Below are positions 10,636 through 20,572 of a stretch of DNA of 64,000 nt, one piece after another. The position numbers and the translations under genes were made by a program. The stretch is from the NCBI GenBank assembly GCA_963676835.2, contig CAXXFF010000002.1:1664001-1728000 (forward strand). The letters run 5' to 3'. The stretch comes from Marispirochaeta sp. (GTDB lineage Bacteria > Spirochaetota > Spirochaetia > JC444 > Marispirochaetaceae). The notes under the pieces were generated by a model, which had not been told where the DNA came from, did no database searches, and worked only from the letters and a program-made list of their open reading frames with translations. The first letter of the stretch is position 1. Every line of letters starts with the position of its first letter.

Positions 10636-11277
10636 ATGTCTAAGCAGAACGATGAGGTAGTCGAAAATCAGCCTCAGGAGATTATCGACTTCCCGGAGAA
10701 TGGCGCATCCGAACCCGATGTTCAGGAAACCCCAACTACCGATGACCCTGCTGCATCAGGAAATGAACTGGAAACTCTCCAAACCCGTCTGGCTGAGCTT
10801 GAGGCTGAGAACAGCGAACTGAAGAGCCAGTATCTGCGTAAGAGTGCGGATTTTGAGAATTTCCGTAAACGAATGTTCAGAGAAAAAGAAGAGGCTGTTA
10901 AACATGCAAACTCGTCTCTTCTATCTGATATTGTAGCAATCATCGATGATTTTGAAAGGGCCATCAAGTCTTCCCAGGAATCAAAGGATTTTGAGTCCTT
11001 CCACAGTGGTATAGAACTGATTGAAAAGCAGTTTACCGGAATGCTGGAACGGAACTGGGGGCTTAAGCGGTTTGAAAGCGAAGGTGAGGTGTTTGATCCC
11101 CAGAAGCACGAAGCCATCGGTATGGAAGAGCGGGAAGGCCTGGATGAACAGACGGTAATCGAGGATTATCTGAAAGGTTATTTTCTTCACGACCGTGTAC
11201 TGAGACACGCGAAAGTGAAGGTTGGAATACCCAAACCTGCCGCGTCCGGCGGGGAAAAAAACGAAAATCAAGACTAA
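10636..11277 (+). CDS. grpE: Nucleotide exchange factor GrpE
   Basis: ADFENFRKR, FDPQKHEA and GYFLHDRVLRHAKV motifs. Start placed at the ATG after GAGG (ORF track starts at 10606). Confidence 0.95.
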   Translation: MSKQNDEVVENQPQEIIDFPENGASEPDVQETPTTDDPAASGNELETLQTRLAELEAENSELKSQYLRKSADFENFRKRMFREKEEAVKHANSSLLSDIVAIIDDFERAIKSSQESKDFESFHSGIELIEKQFTGMLERNWGLKRFESEGEVFDPQKHEAIGMEEREGLDEQTVIEDYLKGYFLHDRVLRHAKVKVGIPKPAASGGEKNENQD

Positions 11278-11300
11278 GGATTATATAGGAGAATTTAGCA

Positions 11301-13247
11301 ATGGGACGAATTATCGGCATCGACCTTGGAACAACAAACTCATGTGTCGCCGTAATGGAAGGCGGAGAGCCGACGGTAATCCAGAACGCTGAGGGACAGA
11401 GAACAACACCCTCAATTGTAGGATTTACAGCAAAAGGTGAACGACTTGTAGGTCAGCCTGCAAAGAACCAGATAGTAACCAACCCGGAAAATACCATCTA
11501 CTCAATCAAACGTTTCATGGGACGCCGTTTCGGCGAGGTGCCCGGTGAAATCAGCATGGTTCCCTACCAGATAAAAGAGGGAAGCGGCAACGAGGTACGG
11601 GTACTTGCTCACGAAAAGGAGTATTCACCTCAGGAAATTTCTGCAGCTATTCTTCAGAAGATGAAAAAGACTGCGGAGGACTATCTTGGAGAGTCGGTTA
11701 CAGAAGCGGTTATTACCGTACCTGCCTACTTTAACGATGCTCAGCGTCAGGCTACAAAAGACGCAGGTAAAATTGCCGGTCTTGAGGTAAAACGTATTGT
11801 AAATGAGCCTACCGCGGCATCTCTTGCTTACGGGTTCGGCAAAGACAAGAAAGAAGAGAAGATTGCCGTATATGACCTTGGAGGAGGAACCTTCGACGTT
11901 TCCGTACTCGAGCTCGGCGACGGTGTTTTCGAGGTAAAATCCACCAACGGTGATACCCATCTTGGAGGAGATAACTTTGACCAGCGGATTATTGACTGGC
12001 TTATTTCCAGTTTCAAATCCGACAGCGGCATTGACCTTACCCAGGATCGGATGGCCCTGCAGCGTCTGAAAGAGGCGGCAGAAAAGGCGAAGATTGAGCT
12101 TTCAAGTACTCAGTCTACAGAAATCAACCTTCCCTTTATTACAGCTGATGCCAGCGGCCCCAAACACCTGCAGTATACCCTTACCCGGGCGAAATTCGAG
12201 CAGATGGTTGATGATCTGGTTAAAGGAACCCGTGAGCCCTGTCTCAAGGCGATGAAAGATGCCGGTGTTTCTCCTTCAGATATCGATGAGGTTATTCTTG
12301 TGGGTGGTTCCACCCGTATGCCTGCGGTGCAGCAGCTGGTTAAGGATCTCTTTCAGAGAGAACCCCATAAAGGTGTAAACCCCGATGAAGTTGTGGCCAT
12401 GGGTGCAGCTATCCAGGGAGGTATTCTCGGTGGTGATGTAAAGGATGTGCTCCTTCTGGATGTTACTCCCCTTTCTCTGGGAATCGAGACTCTCGGAGGA
12501 GTTTTCACCAAGCTTATTGAGCGGAATACTACCATTCCTACCCGGAAGAGCCAGATTTTCTCTACTGCTGCTGATAATCAGACTGCGGTATCTATTCACG
12601 TGCTTCAGGGTGAGCGGGAAATGGCAACCCAGAACCGGACCCTCGGCCGTTTTGATCTTGTGGGAATCCCGGCCGCGCCCAGAGGAGTACCCCAGATAGA
12701 GGTAACCTTTGATATCGATGCCAACGGTATAGTGCATGTTTCCGCCAAGGATATGGGTACCGGAAAAGAGCAGAAGATCCGTATCGAAAGCTCTTCCGGA
12801 CTTTCCGAGGATGAGATCGACCGCATGGTTAAAGACGCTGAAGTCCACGCTGCGGAAGACAAGAAAGAGCGCGAAAAAATCGAGGTACGCAACGAAGCGG
12901 ACAACCTGATTTATGCAACCGAGAAGAGCCTCAGTGAGTACGGTGACAAGGTTGGCGATGCTGACAAGCAGGCAATTCAGACTGCTCTGGATGATCTCAA
13001 GGGAAGTCTTGATTCTGCCAGTGTAGAAGATATCAAAGCCAAGATTCAGACCCTTACACAGGCCTCACACAAGCTTGCTGAAGAGATGTACAAGCAGACA
13101 GGTGCTGACCAGCAGGCCGGTGCTGCAGGTGCCGGCGAGCAGGCTGCCGGTGGAGATGGCCCTCAGAATGCCTCCGGACCGGATGATTCCGGCAATGTTG
13201 AAGATGTCGATTACGAAGTAGTCGACGATGACGAAAAAGATAATTAA
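11301..13247 (+). CDS. dnaK: Chaperone DnaK
   Basis: [20 protein letters not shown] and other Hsp70 signatures. Confidence 0.99.
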   Translation: MGRIIGIDLGTTNSCVAVMEGGEPTVIQNAEGQRTTPSIVGFTAKGERLVGQPAKNQIVTNPENTIYSIKRFMGRRFGEVPGEISMVPYQIKEGSGNEVRVLAHEKEYSPQEISAAILQKMKKTAEDYLGESVTEAVITVPAYFNDAQRQATKDAGKIAGLEVKRIVNEPTAASLAYGFGKDKKEEKIAVYDLGGGTFDVSVLELGDGVFEVKSTNGDTHLGGDNFDQRIIDWLISSFKSDSGIDLTQDRMALQRLKEAAEKAKIELSSTQSTEINLPFITADASGPKHLQYTLTRAKFEQMVDDLVKGTREPCLKAMKDAGVSPSDIDEVILVGGSTRMPAVQQLVKDLFQREPHKGVNPDEVVAMGAAIQGGILGGDVKDVLLLDVTPLSLGIETLGGVFTKLIERNTTIPTRKSQIFSTAADNQTAVSIHVLQGEREMATQNRTLGRFDLVGIPAAPRGVPQIEVTFDIDANGIVHVSAKDMGTGKEQKIRIESSSGLSEDEIDRMVKDAEVHAAEDKKEREKIEVRNEADNLIYATEKSLSEYGDKVGDADKQAIQTALDDLKGSLDSASVEDIKAKIQTLTQASHKLAEEMYKQTGADQQAGAAGAGEQAAGGDGPQNASGPDDSGNVEDVDYEVVDDDEKDN

Positions 13248-13278
13248 GCTGTGTAAGGTTTAAAGCCTTGCAATCAGA

Positions 13279-13310
13279 GCCCGGAGCGGTTTGCCGTTCC
13301 GGGCGCTTTC
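13279..13310 (+). terminator. GC-rich hairpin between dnaK and dnaJ (partial terminator or mRNA stabiliser)
   Basis: GCCCGGAGCGG-tttg-CCGTTCCGGGC followed by a weak gctttc tail. Confidence 0.55.
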
Positions 13311-13361
13311 TGTTCCCGGAGATGCCGGGGGGTAAAGTTTTTTTGAAGGACGGATGCTGCT

Positions 13362-14492
13362 TTGGCAAAACGCGATTACTACGAAGTCCTTGGGGTAGCC
13401 AAGGATGCGAATAAAGAAGATATAAAGAAAGCCTACCGCAAGCTTGCGGTCCAGAATCACCCCGATAAGAATCCCGGAGATAAAGAGGCAGAAGAGCGTT
13501 TCAAAGAAGCTACCGAGGCATATGAAGTCCTGGGTGATGAGCAGAAACGGCAGACATATGACCAGTTCGGCTTTGCCGGTCTTGAGGGTATGGCCGGAGG
13601 CGGCGGTCATGACTACTCCACTGTTTTCCGTGATTTTGAAGATATCTTCGGAGATTTCGGCGGTATTTTTGATTCCTTCTTTGGCGGCGGAGGCCGTGGC
13701 GGCCGGCGTAGATCTTCCGGGGCGGCTAACCGGGGAGCAGACCTGAGGTTTAACCTTGAAATCAGCTTTCGGGATGCCGTATTCGGCACAAAGACGGAAA
13801 TCTCCTACCGCAAGAACGCCTCATGTCCCACTTGTGAAGGTAAGGGAACAAGCTCAGGGAGCGGTCGGAAAACCTGTCCCACCTGCGGAGGGTCCGGTCA
13901 GGTAAGGAGAAGCTCCGGCTTCTTTTCCATCGCTTCTCCCTGTCCAACCTGTTCCGGCGAGGGATACATTATTGAAAATCCCTGTACCAGCTGTCACGGC
14001 AGCGGTGTACAGCAGAAGAACCAGAAAATCAAGGTTACCATTCCCGCAGGTATTGAACACGGCAAACGAATCAATATTCCCGGTCAGGGAGATTCCGGCC
14101 CCAACGGCGGCCCGGCGGGTGATCTTTATGTATATATCAGTGTAGCACCTCACAAGTTTTTTGAGCGGGACCGCAATGATCTCTACTGTGTAATTCCCAT
14201 ATCTATAACCCAGGCAGCCCTTGGTGGTGAGATTATGGTTCCTACCCTGGATGATAAGAAGATCAAGCTGAAAATACCTGCGGGAACACAGAATGGAAAA
14301 ATTCTGCGTATTCGTGGCGAAGGCGTTCCGCATCTGCATAATTCCCAGACCCGGGGGGATATGTACATTAAGATAAGCGTGGAAATTCCAACCAAGCTTT
14401 CCGGTAAAGCCAAGGGTATTTTAAAGGAATTCGCGGAAATCGAAGGGGAAAACAGCACTCCCGATCCGATTCCTCTTTCCCGGCTGCGGTAA
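13362..14492 (+). CDS. dnaJ: Chaperone DnaJ
   Basis: J-domain HPD, G/F region and four CxxCxGxG repeats; TTG start. Confidence 0.98.
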   Translation: MAKRDYYEVLGVAKDANKEDIKKAYRKLAVQNHPDKNPGDKEAEERFKEATEAYEVLGDEQKRQTYDQFGFAGLEGMAGGGGHDYSTVFRDFEDIFGDFGGIFDSFFGGGGRGGRRRSSGAANRGADLRFNLEISFRDAVFGTKTEISYRKNASCPTCEGKGTSSGSGRKTCPTCGGSGQVRRSSGFFSIASPCPTCSGEGYIIENPCTSCHGSGVQQKNQKIKVTIPAGIEHGKRINIPGQGDSGPNGGPAGDLYVYISVAPHKFFERDRNDLYCVIPISITQAALGGEIMVPTLDDKKIKLKIPAGTQNGKILRIRGEGVPHLHNSQTRGDMYIKISVEIPTKLSGKAKGILKEFAEIEGENSTPDPIPLSRLR

Positions 14493-14521
14493 TTGCATTA
14501 AAGTAAAAAAGGGAGGCTGAT

Positions 14522-15043
14522 GTGGCAGCAAAAAAACGGAAACAGATTGTCATAGATAAAAACTTTCAGTACAGGATGGTTTCTGCCTTCCTTTTTTCCA
14601 TCCTCGCCGCGCTGCTTATATTTTCTCTCCTTATAGGAGGCTACTACTGGCTTTCCAGTATGGCCGGAGAGAATATTTTCAAGGAATTTATTACCATCGA
14701 CCGTCAGGTTACCCGTGAGACTACAGTAATCGAGAACGGTGTTGAGAAGATTGTAAAGGTTCCGGCTACGGAGTCTATAGTCGGGGTAAAACGCTGGGAG
14801 ATTGTTCTTCCGGTAATCCTGGTGAATAACCTGGTACTTATGGTGGTTTTCTCTTTTCTCGGGCTCCGCTATTCCCACAGAATAGCCGGTCCGGTTTACC
14901 GTATATCCAAGGATATAGACCGGGTCCTTCAGGGCGAACAGGGGGTGCGGGTCAAGCTCCGGTCAAAGGACAGACTTCAGGAGCTCAGTATCCAGGTTAA
15001 CCGGCTTATAGAGAAAACCGAGTCTTCCGGGGAGCCGTCTTAA
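14522..15043 (+). CDS. Two-TM membrane protein with short HAMP-like tail
   Basis: Two TM helices, then SHRIAGPVYRI...LRSKDRLQEL; GTG start after GGGAGG. Confidence 0.7.
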   Translation: MAAKKRKQIVIDKNFQYRMVSAFLFSILAALLIFSLLIGGYYWLSSMAGENIFKEFITIDRQVTRETTVIENGVEKIVKVPATESIVGVKRWEIVLPVILVNNLVLMVVFSFLGLRYSHRIAGPVYRISKDIDRVLQGEQGVRVKLRSKDRLQELSIQVNRLIEKTESSGEPS

Positions 15044-15067
15044 GATACTGTCATACTCTGCCGATAG
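15041..15067 (+). promoter_or_regulatory. Sigma28 (FliA/SigD)-like promoter
   Basis: TAAG-N15-GCCGATAG versus consensus TAAA-N15-GCCGATAA. Confidence 0.65.
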
Positions 15068-15116
15068 TCAGAAGTGAAGCTAACTCTTCAAAAATTCCTG
15101 CCGAGGATTTGTCTTT

Positions 15117-15542
15117 ATGCGGAAACTTCTGATTGTTTTATGTGCCCTTATTTTTGCCGGTTTTCTCTTTGCCAATAACCAGGTGTCCACCGACGAGAAC
15201 GGAGACGGGAAGCCTGATACCTGGACAGCATTTGATGATAAGGGCAATCGAAGTGCCATCTATTACGATAGTGATTTTGACGGTGCCATAGATTATGTTC
15301 ACGTATTTAATAAGGATAATCAACGTATTGAGGAACATCTCGATTACAACCGGGACGGTGAAATGGATGATTTTTACTATTTTGCCAATGATGTTCTTCA
15401 GCGGCGGGAAATAGATACGAATTTTGATACCAAAGTAGATGTCTGGGTATATCTGACTGAAGGTATTTATATTAACCGATATGAGCAGGATACTGACTTT
15501 GACGGGGAAATTGACAAGGTGAAATCATTCGGTGAGCAGTGA
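15117..15542 (+). CDS. Exported protein with five DxDxDG-type repeats (putative Ca2+-binding)
   Basis: Signal peptide; DENGDGKPD, DSDFDGAID, DYNRDGEMD, DTNFDTKVD and DTDFDGEID at roughly 22-23 aa spacing. Confidence 0.75.
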   Translation: MRKLLIVLCALIFAGFLFANNQVSTDENGDGKPDTWTAFDDKGNRSAIYYDSDFDGAIDYVHVFNKDNQRIEEHLDYNRDGEMDDFYYFANDVLQRREIDTNFDTKVDVWVYLTEGIYINRYEQDTDFDGEIDKVKSFGEQ

Positions 15543-16263
15543 GTTTTTAACTGGTTTTCATGCCATAGAAGAGGCATTGGCGGCAGCATCCCGAGGAAGC
15601 GGCCGGCTTTATATTTCCGGGAAAGGACCTCGGATTAAAAAAATTGAAGAGCTTGCAGGAAAAAAGCGTACTCCTGTACAGCGAATCACATCGGATGAGT
15701 TAAGCAAGATAACCGGCCGGGATCACAAAGGTATTGCCCTCGAAATAGTGGCCGCAAGGATGGGCTCTTCTTTTGAAGAGTTTATGGAGAAGCTTGATGA
15801 TTCCCGTGAAAACGTGCTTGTCCTGCTGTTGGATGGAATAACCGACCCTCATAATCTCGGGGCTATCCTCCGTTCTGCCGATCAGTTTCAGGCCGATTTC
15901 GTGCTGTTTCCTGAAAGGCGTTCTGCATCCGAAACCGAAGTTGTAGCAAACACTTCGGCGGGAGCTGTACATCATGTGCCTCATGCCCAAGTCAAGAATC
16001 TGAACAGAACAGTGGAACTGCTGAAAAAGAAGCAGTTCTGGATTTACGGTGCAGCCATGGGCGGTGGGAACATCAATCAGACTGATCTGCGTGGAAGGGT
16101 TGCTCTGGTGATGGGCAGTGAAGGGCAGGGGCTGTCCGCATTGCTGGCAAAAAACTGTGATGCTGAAATTGCCATCCCAACCAGAGGTAAAGTAGACTCC
16201 CTCAACGTTTCCGTTGCCACGGGAGTCATCCTCTATGAAATTCGCCGTCAGCAGGGCTGGTAG
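15532..16263 (+). CDS. rlmB: 23S rRNA (Gm2251) methyltransferase, SpoU family
   Basis: DPHNLGAILRSA, GSEGQGL and DSLNVSVA motifs. Confidence 0.9.
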   Translation: MSSEFLTGFHAIEEALAAASRGSGRLYISGKGPRIKKIEELAGKKRTPVQRITSDELSKITGRDHKGIALEIVAARMGSSFEEFMEKLDDSRENVLVLLLDGITDPHNLGAILRSADQFQADFVLFPERRSASETEVVANTSAGAVHHVPHAQVKNLNRTVELLKKKQFWIYGAAMGGGNINQTDLRGRVALVMGSEGQGLSALLAKNCDAEIAIPTRGKVDSLNVSVATGVILYEIRRQQGW

Positions 16264-16272
16264 ACAGCCCTG

Positions 16273-18150
16273 TCAGTTTGTCAGGCGAAACCGGTTCAGC
16301 GGCCAGAAGGTCATTACCGCTTTTCCAAGAATATAATCATCATCTAAAAGATGGGGCTCAAGATTAGACCGGTACTGTATGGAAAATGGGTCATCCGGAT
16401 CCAGTGACTTCTGTCTGGAGGGGTCGTCGGAAAAACGGAAATCCAGTGAGTTGTACCGGTTGTCACCCATAAGGAAAAAGCTTCCTTCGGGGATATAGGT
16501 ACCGTCTCCCGCAGGTGTTACCGGAAAGTTCCGGCTGTCGTAAAAATGTATGTAATCTATAAGTTGATCATCCTGCTGACGCATGGATAATCTTTCCCCT
16601 GCAATGCTGTTGAGAGGCAGCTTTTTAAGGATACTTTCGCTGTACGCTGCAAGACGGTTTGTCTGATCAATCTTATACAGAAGATTCACCTTCTTGGTCG
16701 ATTCAATGTATGGGTCGGAAGCTCCTGCCATGGCAGAAGTTATAGCTCCCTGAGTGTAATTCTGGATTATGCCCGGCTCATCGGTGAGGTTTCTGTAGAG
16801 CAGGAGCAGCTCATACAGTTCTCTATCAAGCGGGTTGGGTTTCATGAGCAGGTTCTGACTTTCGTGAACACCATATTTTTCAAAACTGTATTCCCATGCC
16901 TCTATGTAATGATCAACTGTTTTTCCATTGTTTTCTGCCAGAGGTGACAGGTAGTACTCTCTGAAGAAATTCACATCTTCCCGGGAAAACTGACTGCTTA
17001 GTTTTGTGAGGTCCTGCTGGGCCTGTTCCAGGCTCAATGCGAGTGAACCCAGGGTATGACTGTTTTTTCTTTCATCAATTGCGTCGAAGCGGGCTCTCCG
17101 TGCACTGTCAACACGGATCCATTCAATTTTTTCAACTACTGAAGCGGGTTCAGTGTACAGGTCGACGTTGGAGAAATCTCTGTCTGCCTCAAGGGGGTGA
17201 TACTCTTCGCCGTCTTTTTTCACATATAGAACATCGTCCACCATGAAGATCTTCTCTCCCGGTTCGGCTACAAGACGCTTTACAATAAACTGTTTCCGGG
17301 GATTGCCGTATTCATCTTCATCGATATTTACCATGGTGAGGGTCATATAAAAAATAACCTGCTGAAAAATGCGCCGGGCAAGACTTTTGTACTCGTAGGT
17401 TGGTTTCTGGAATACAACAATATCTCCCCGTTTGGGTTCGCTCATAACCGGAAAGCGCCATTTAGTCAGAGGGATGGAGGGGCCGGACTGAAACTTGGTA
17501 ACCATGGTCCGGTCTTTGGCCAGAAATGTAGGCACCATCGATTCTGTTGGAATTACGTAGAGCTGAAAAATAAAATGCTGCAGAAGAATAACGATAATTA
17601 TTGCCTGAACAACTGCATCTACATTCTCCCAGATAACCGCCGCCGGAGAGCGTTTTACCTGTTTCTCTTTTTCTTCCGCCCTCAGGCGTTTCTGCTCTTT
17701 TTTTGAAACGTACACTCCCCATTTTTCCTGTACCGGTTTAAGCCACAGGGAAATATAAAGCAGCAATGGAAAGAGTGTAGAGATGAATGATGATATCCAG
17801 AGGCGGAGATATGTGCCGTTATCAAGAATGCCTGCCATATCCCAGGACATTCTGGGGAGGTTGTAGAACACGTAGACAAACACAATAAAGTAACCGGCGT
17901 AGGTTTTACAGTACTTAAGCCATTTTTTGTTTTCACGTACGAGAAGCTGAAGGAAAAAAAGCCCGTTCAGGCCGATAATCAGTAATTTTATCAGAATGGA
18001 GGAGATTAAGGCCCAGTCTGTATAACGGAACCCGGTGGCGAAGATTGAAAAAAGTGCATTCAAAGACCAGAGCAGCAGTAGTGCCGCCGGCAGCAGCCGG
18101 GAGTAGTCAGATCTGATTCTGGTCATGGCATCGGTAATATCTTGCTTCAT
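16273..18150 (-). CDS. lepB: Signal peptidase I, long form
   Basis: IPTESMVPT (Ser), FIVKRLVA (Lys) and MGDNRYNSLDFR motifs; extra N-terminal TMs and a large insertion. Confidence 0.9.
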   Translation of the reverse strand: MKQDITDAMTRIRSDYSRLLPAALLLLWSLNALFSIFATGFRYTDWALISSILIKLLIIGLNGLFFLQLLVRENKKWLKYCKTYAGYFIVFVYVFYNLPRMSWDMAGILDNGTYLRLWISSFISTLFPLLLYISLWLKPVQEKWGVYVSKKEQKRLRAEEKEKQVKRSPAAVIWENVDAVVQAIIIVILLQHFIFQLYVIPTESMVPTFLAKDRTMVTKFQSGPSIPLTKWRFPVMSEPKRGDIVVFQKPTYEYKSLARRIFQQVIFYMTLTMVNIDEDEYGNPRKQFIVKRLVAEPGEKIFMVDDVLYVKKDGEEYHPLEADRDFSNVDLYTEPASVVEKIEWIRVDSARRARFDAIDERKNSHTLGSLALSLEQAQQDLTKLSSQFSREDVNFFREYYLSPLAENNGKTVDHYIEAWEYSFEKYGVHESQNLLMKPNPLDRELYELLLLYRNLTDEPGIIQNYTQGAITSAMAGASDPYIESTKKVNLLYKIDQTNRLAAYSESILKKLPLNSIAGERLSMRQQDDQLIDYIHFYDSRNFPVTPAGDGTYIPEGSFFLMGDNRYNSLDFRFSDDPSRQKSLDPDDPFSIQYRSNLEPHLLDDDYILGKAVMTFWPLNRFRLTN

Positions 18151-18158
18151 AGAAGTAG

Positions 18159-18187
18159 ATAGTAGAGGGTTGCTGGCAAAATGACAA
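18159..18187 (-). promoter_or_regulatory. Sigma70-like promoter of lepB, overlapping an inverted repeat
   Basis: TTGTCA-N17-TACTAT, 8 nt before the ATG. It overlaps AGAGGGTTGC...GCAACCCTCT (18164-18197). Confidence 0.55.
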
Positions 18188-18224
18188 GCAACCCTCTCTT
18201 GTTTTCATGCAGGGATACTGTTGT

Positions 18225-18629
18225 TTAACAGTTGATTTTCAGCATCCTTTCGGCAAGGTGTACGGCATTGAGTACGCCCTGTTTGCCTATTCCCATGGTG
18301 GCGCAGGGAATACCCTTGGGGAGCTGCAGAATGGAGAGAAGTGCATCCATTCCGCTTAAGGGGCCGGCTACGAGGGGTATACCCAGTACCGGTTTGGAAG
18401 AAATGGAGGCAACCACGCCCGGAAGTGCTGCTGAAAGGCCTGCAGCGGCTATGATAATCTTGTATTCATTCTCATTTTCCTTGAGAAAAACCTGCAGTTC
18501 TTCCAGGTTTCTGTGAGCTGAATATACTTTGAGGTCGTTGCTGATGCCCTTTTCCTGCATCAGATCAAGACCGGGTTTTACCGCATCTCTGTCAGATTCG
18601 GAACCAATAAGAAACAGTACATCTTTCAT
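18225..18629 (-). CDS. purE: PurE family (N5-CAIR mutase/AIR carboxylase)
   Basis: GSESD, SAHR and AGLSAALPGV motifs; last gene of the pur operon. Confidence 0.9.
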   Translation of the reverse strand: MKDVLFLIGSESDRDAVKPGLDLMQEKGISNDLKVYSAHRNLEELQVFLKENENEYKIIIAAAGLSAALPGVVASISSKPVLGIPLVAGPLSGMDALLSILQLPKGIPCATMGIGKQGVLNAVHLAERMLKINC

Positions 18630-18659
18630 TCTTCTATTCTCCTGAACTCTGGTGGACGG

Positions 18660-19919
18660 TTATTGTGCGTCTACAAAGAATTTCTTGCCGATATCGGGCC
18701 GGTACCAGCCGCCGCGGAATTTTACATCCTGAACAGCGTCATAAGCCTTGACCCGGGCGCTGAGGAGGCTTGAGCCGAATCCCACCACGGTAAAACAGCG
18801 TCCGCCGCCGGTAACAACAGCGTCATCACCATCATTCAGGGTGGACGCATGAAATGTTACTGATTCTTTTTCGTTTTTTTTCGGCAGCTTTTCTACCAGT
18901 GTTCCCTTGGGATAGGATCCAGGGTAACCTTCTGCGGCAACTACGACGCCAAGGGCGCTGCGTTCGGATATGCGCAGGGGAAAATCGGCCAGTTTGCCTC
19001 CGGCCATTGCATCGATAAGGTTGCCGAAATCAGACTCAATCAACGGGATAAGCACCTGGGCTTCGGGATCTCCGAAGCGTACATTATATTCCAGTACTTT
19101 AGGGCCTGCTTCGGTCATCATGAGTCCAACGTAGAGCACGCCGGTGTACATGAGGCCGTCTTTCCGCAATCCTTCAACCGTAGGTTTGAGTACCTTCTCT
19201 TCGATATCTGCGATCATGCTGCCCGTTACTGTTGGTACCGGGCATATGGAACCCATGCCGCCGGTATTCAGTCCGGTGTCATTTTCGCCGGCTTTTTTAA
19301 AGTCTGCACAGGTGGGCAGGATGCGGTAGTCTTTTCCGTCCATCAGCAGGAATATGGAGATCTCATATCCGGTGAGGAACTCTTCCAGGATGAGTGCATC
19401 ATCTTTCAGTACTTTCTCGGCAAAGCTGAGCAGTTCGGCTTTATTGTCTGACTCCAGTACACCTTTACCGGCGGCAAGGCCGCTCTTTTTCAGGACTACC
19501 TTTGTGTTGCGCTTGTCGAACTCTTTTTCCAGCTGGTCAAGGGAGCTAATCTCTATGCTTTCTGCTGTGGGGACATTGTTCCGGAACATGAACTCCTTGG
19601 AGAACTGTTTGCTCGATTCAAGCTGGGCAGGAACTTTTTCCGGTCCGATTGCGGCTATTCCCGCTTCTTTCAGGACATCAACAGCACCTGCTGCGAGGGG
19701 AACTTCCGGGCCTACAAAAACATGGCTGACACCAAGCTTTACGGCGGCTTCACGAATAGACGCGGGATCTTCCGGATCTACATCGGGGACATTTTCTCCC
19801 AGTTCGGCTGTTCCGGCATTACCCGGTGCTATATAAAGACCTGATATTCGTTTGCTGGCATTGAATTTCCAGGCAAGAGCATGTTCTCGGGCTCCGGAAC
19901 CTACGATAAGTACCTTCAA
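18660..19919 (-). CDS. purD: Phosphoribosylamine-glycine ligase
   Basis: GSGAREHA, GLNTGGMG and EYNVRFGDPE motifs. Confidence 0.97.
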   Translation of the reverse strand: MKVLIVGSGAREHALAWKFNASKRISGLYIAPGNAGTAELGENVPDVDPEDPASIREAAVKLGVSHVFVGPEVPLAAGAVDVLKEAGIAAIGPEKVPAQLESSKQFSKEFMFRNNVPTAESIEISSLDQLEKEFDKRNTKVVLKKSGLAAGKGVLESDNKAELLSFAEKVLKDDALILEEFLTGYEISIFLLMDGKDYRILPTCADFKKAGENDTGLNTGGMGSICPVPTVTGSMIADIEEKVLKPTVEGLRKDGLMYTGVLYVGLMMTEAGPKVLEYNVRFGDPEAQVLIPLIESDFGNLIDAMAGGKLADFPLRISERSALGVVVAAEGYPGSYPKGTLVEKLPKKNEKESVTFHASTLNDGDDAVVTGGGRCFTVVGFGSSLLSARVKAYDAVQDVKFRGGWYRPDIGKKFFVDAQ

Positions 19920-19987
19920 AGGTTTAGCTCCTCAGATTGAAATTGATGTTATTCGGCAGTCTTTCGACGCGAAGACCCTAACGTGTA

Positions 19988-20569
19988 TTAAGTGTTTGCA
20001 GGGGTTGAATATCCTTCAAGGATACCCAAGATTACCTCAGGATAGAGGCGATGTTCAAGGGCATGAATACGCTCTTCAAATGCTTCAAGGCTCTCACCTT
20101 CTATGCGGCGTATTTTGCCCTGCTGTATTACCGGACCGGTATCGAGGCCGTAATCGACCCGGTGAACGGTTACTCCAAGCTCGGCATCCCCGGAGGCATA
20201 GCTCTCTTCGATGCCGTGGGTTCCCGGGTATTTCGGCAGCAGGCTCGGGTGGATATTTATGATTCGACCGGGAAATGCATCGATCAGAACCGGAGTCAGA
20301 AGGCGCATGAACCCGGCCAGCACTATAAGCTCCGGCTGGTAGGGCTCAAGCCGCCTGAGCAGCTCCTTTTCAAGTTCCTGTCTGTCCGTGTTCTTTGTGT
20401 AGCGCAGATCTTCAACGGGGATTCCGGCCTCGGCTGCACGGGTCCGGGCATAGGCTTTCTGTCTGTCGCAGACCAGAACACTGATAATGTGCTCCGTCGT
20501 TTTGAAGGCATCAATAAAAGCCTGAAAGTTGGATCCGTTGCCGGAGGCGAAGACTGCAATCTTTCCCAT
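19988..20569 (-). CDS. purN: Phosphoribosylglycinamide formyltransferase
   Basis: SGNGSNFQA and NIHPSLLP motifs. Confidence 0.97.
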   Translation of the reverse strand: MGKIAVFASGNGSNFQAFIDAFKTTEHIISVLVCDRQKAYARTRAAEAGIPVEDLRYTKNTDRQELEKELLRRLEPYQPELIVLAGFMRLLTPVLIDAFPGRIINIHPSLLPKYPGTHGIEESYASGDAELGVTVHRVDYGLDTGPVIQQGKIRRIEGESLEAFEERIHALEHRLYPEVILGILEGYSTPANT

Positions 20570-20572
20570 GTG

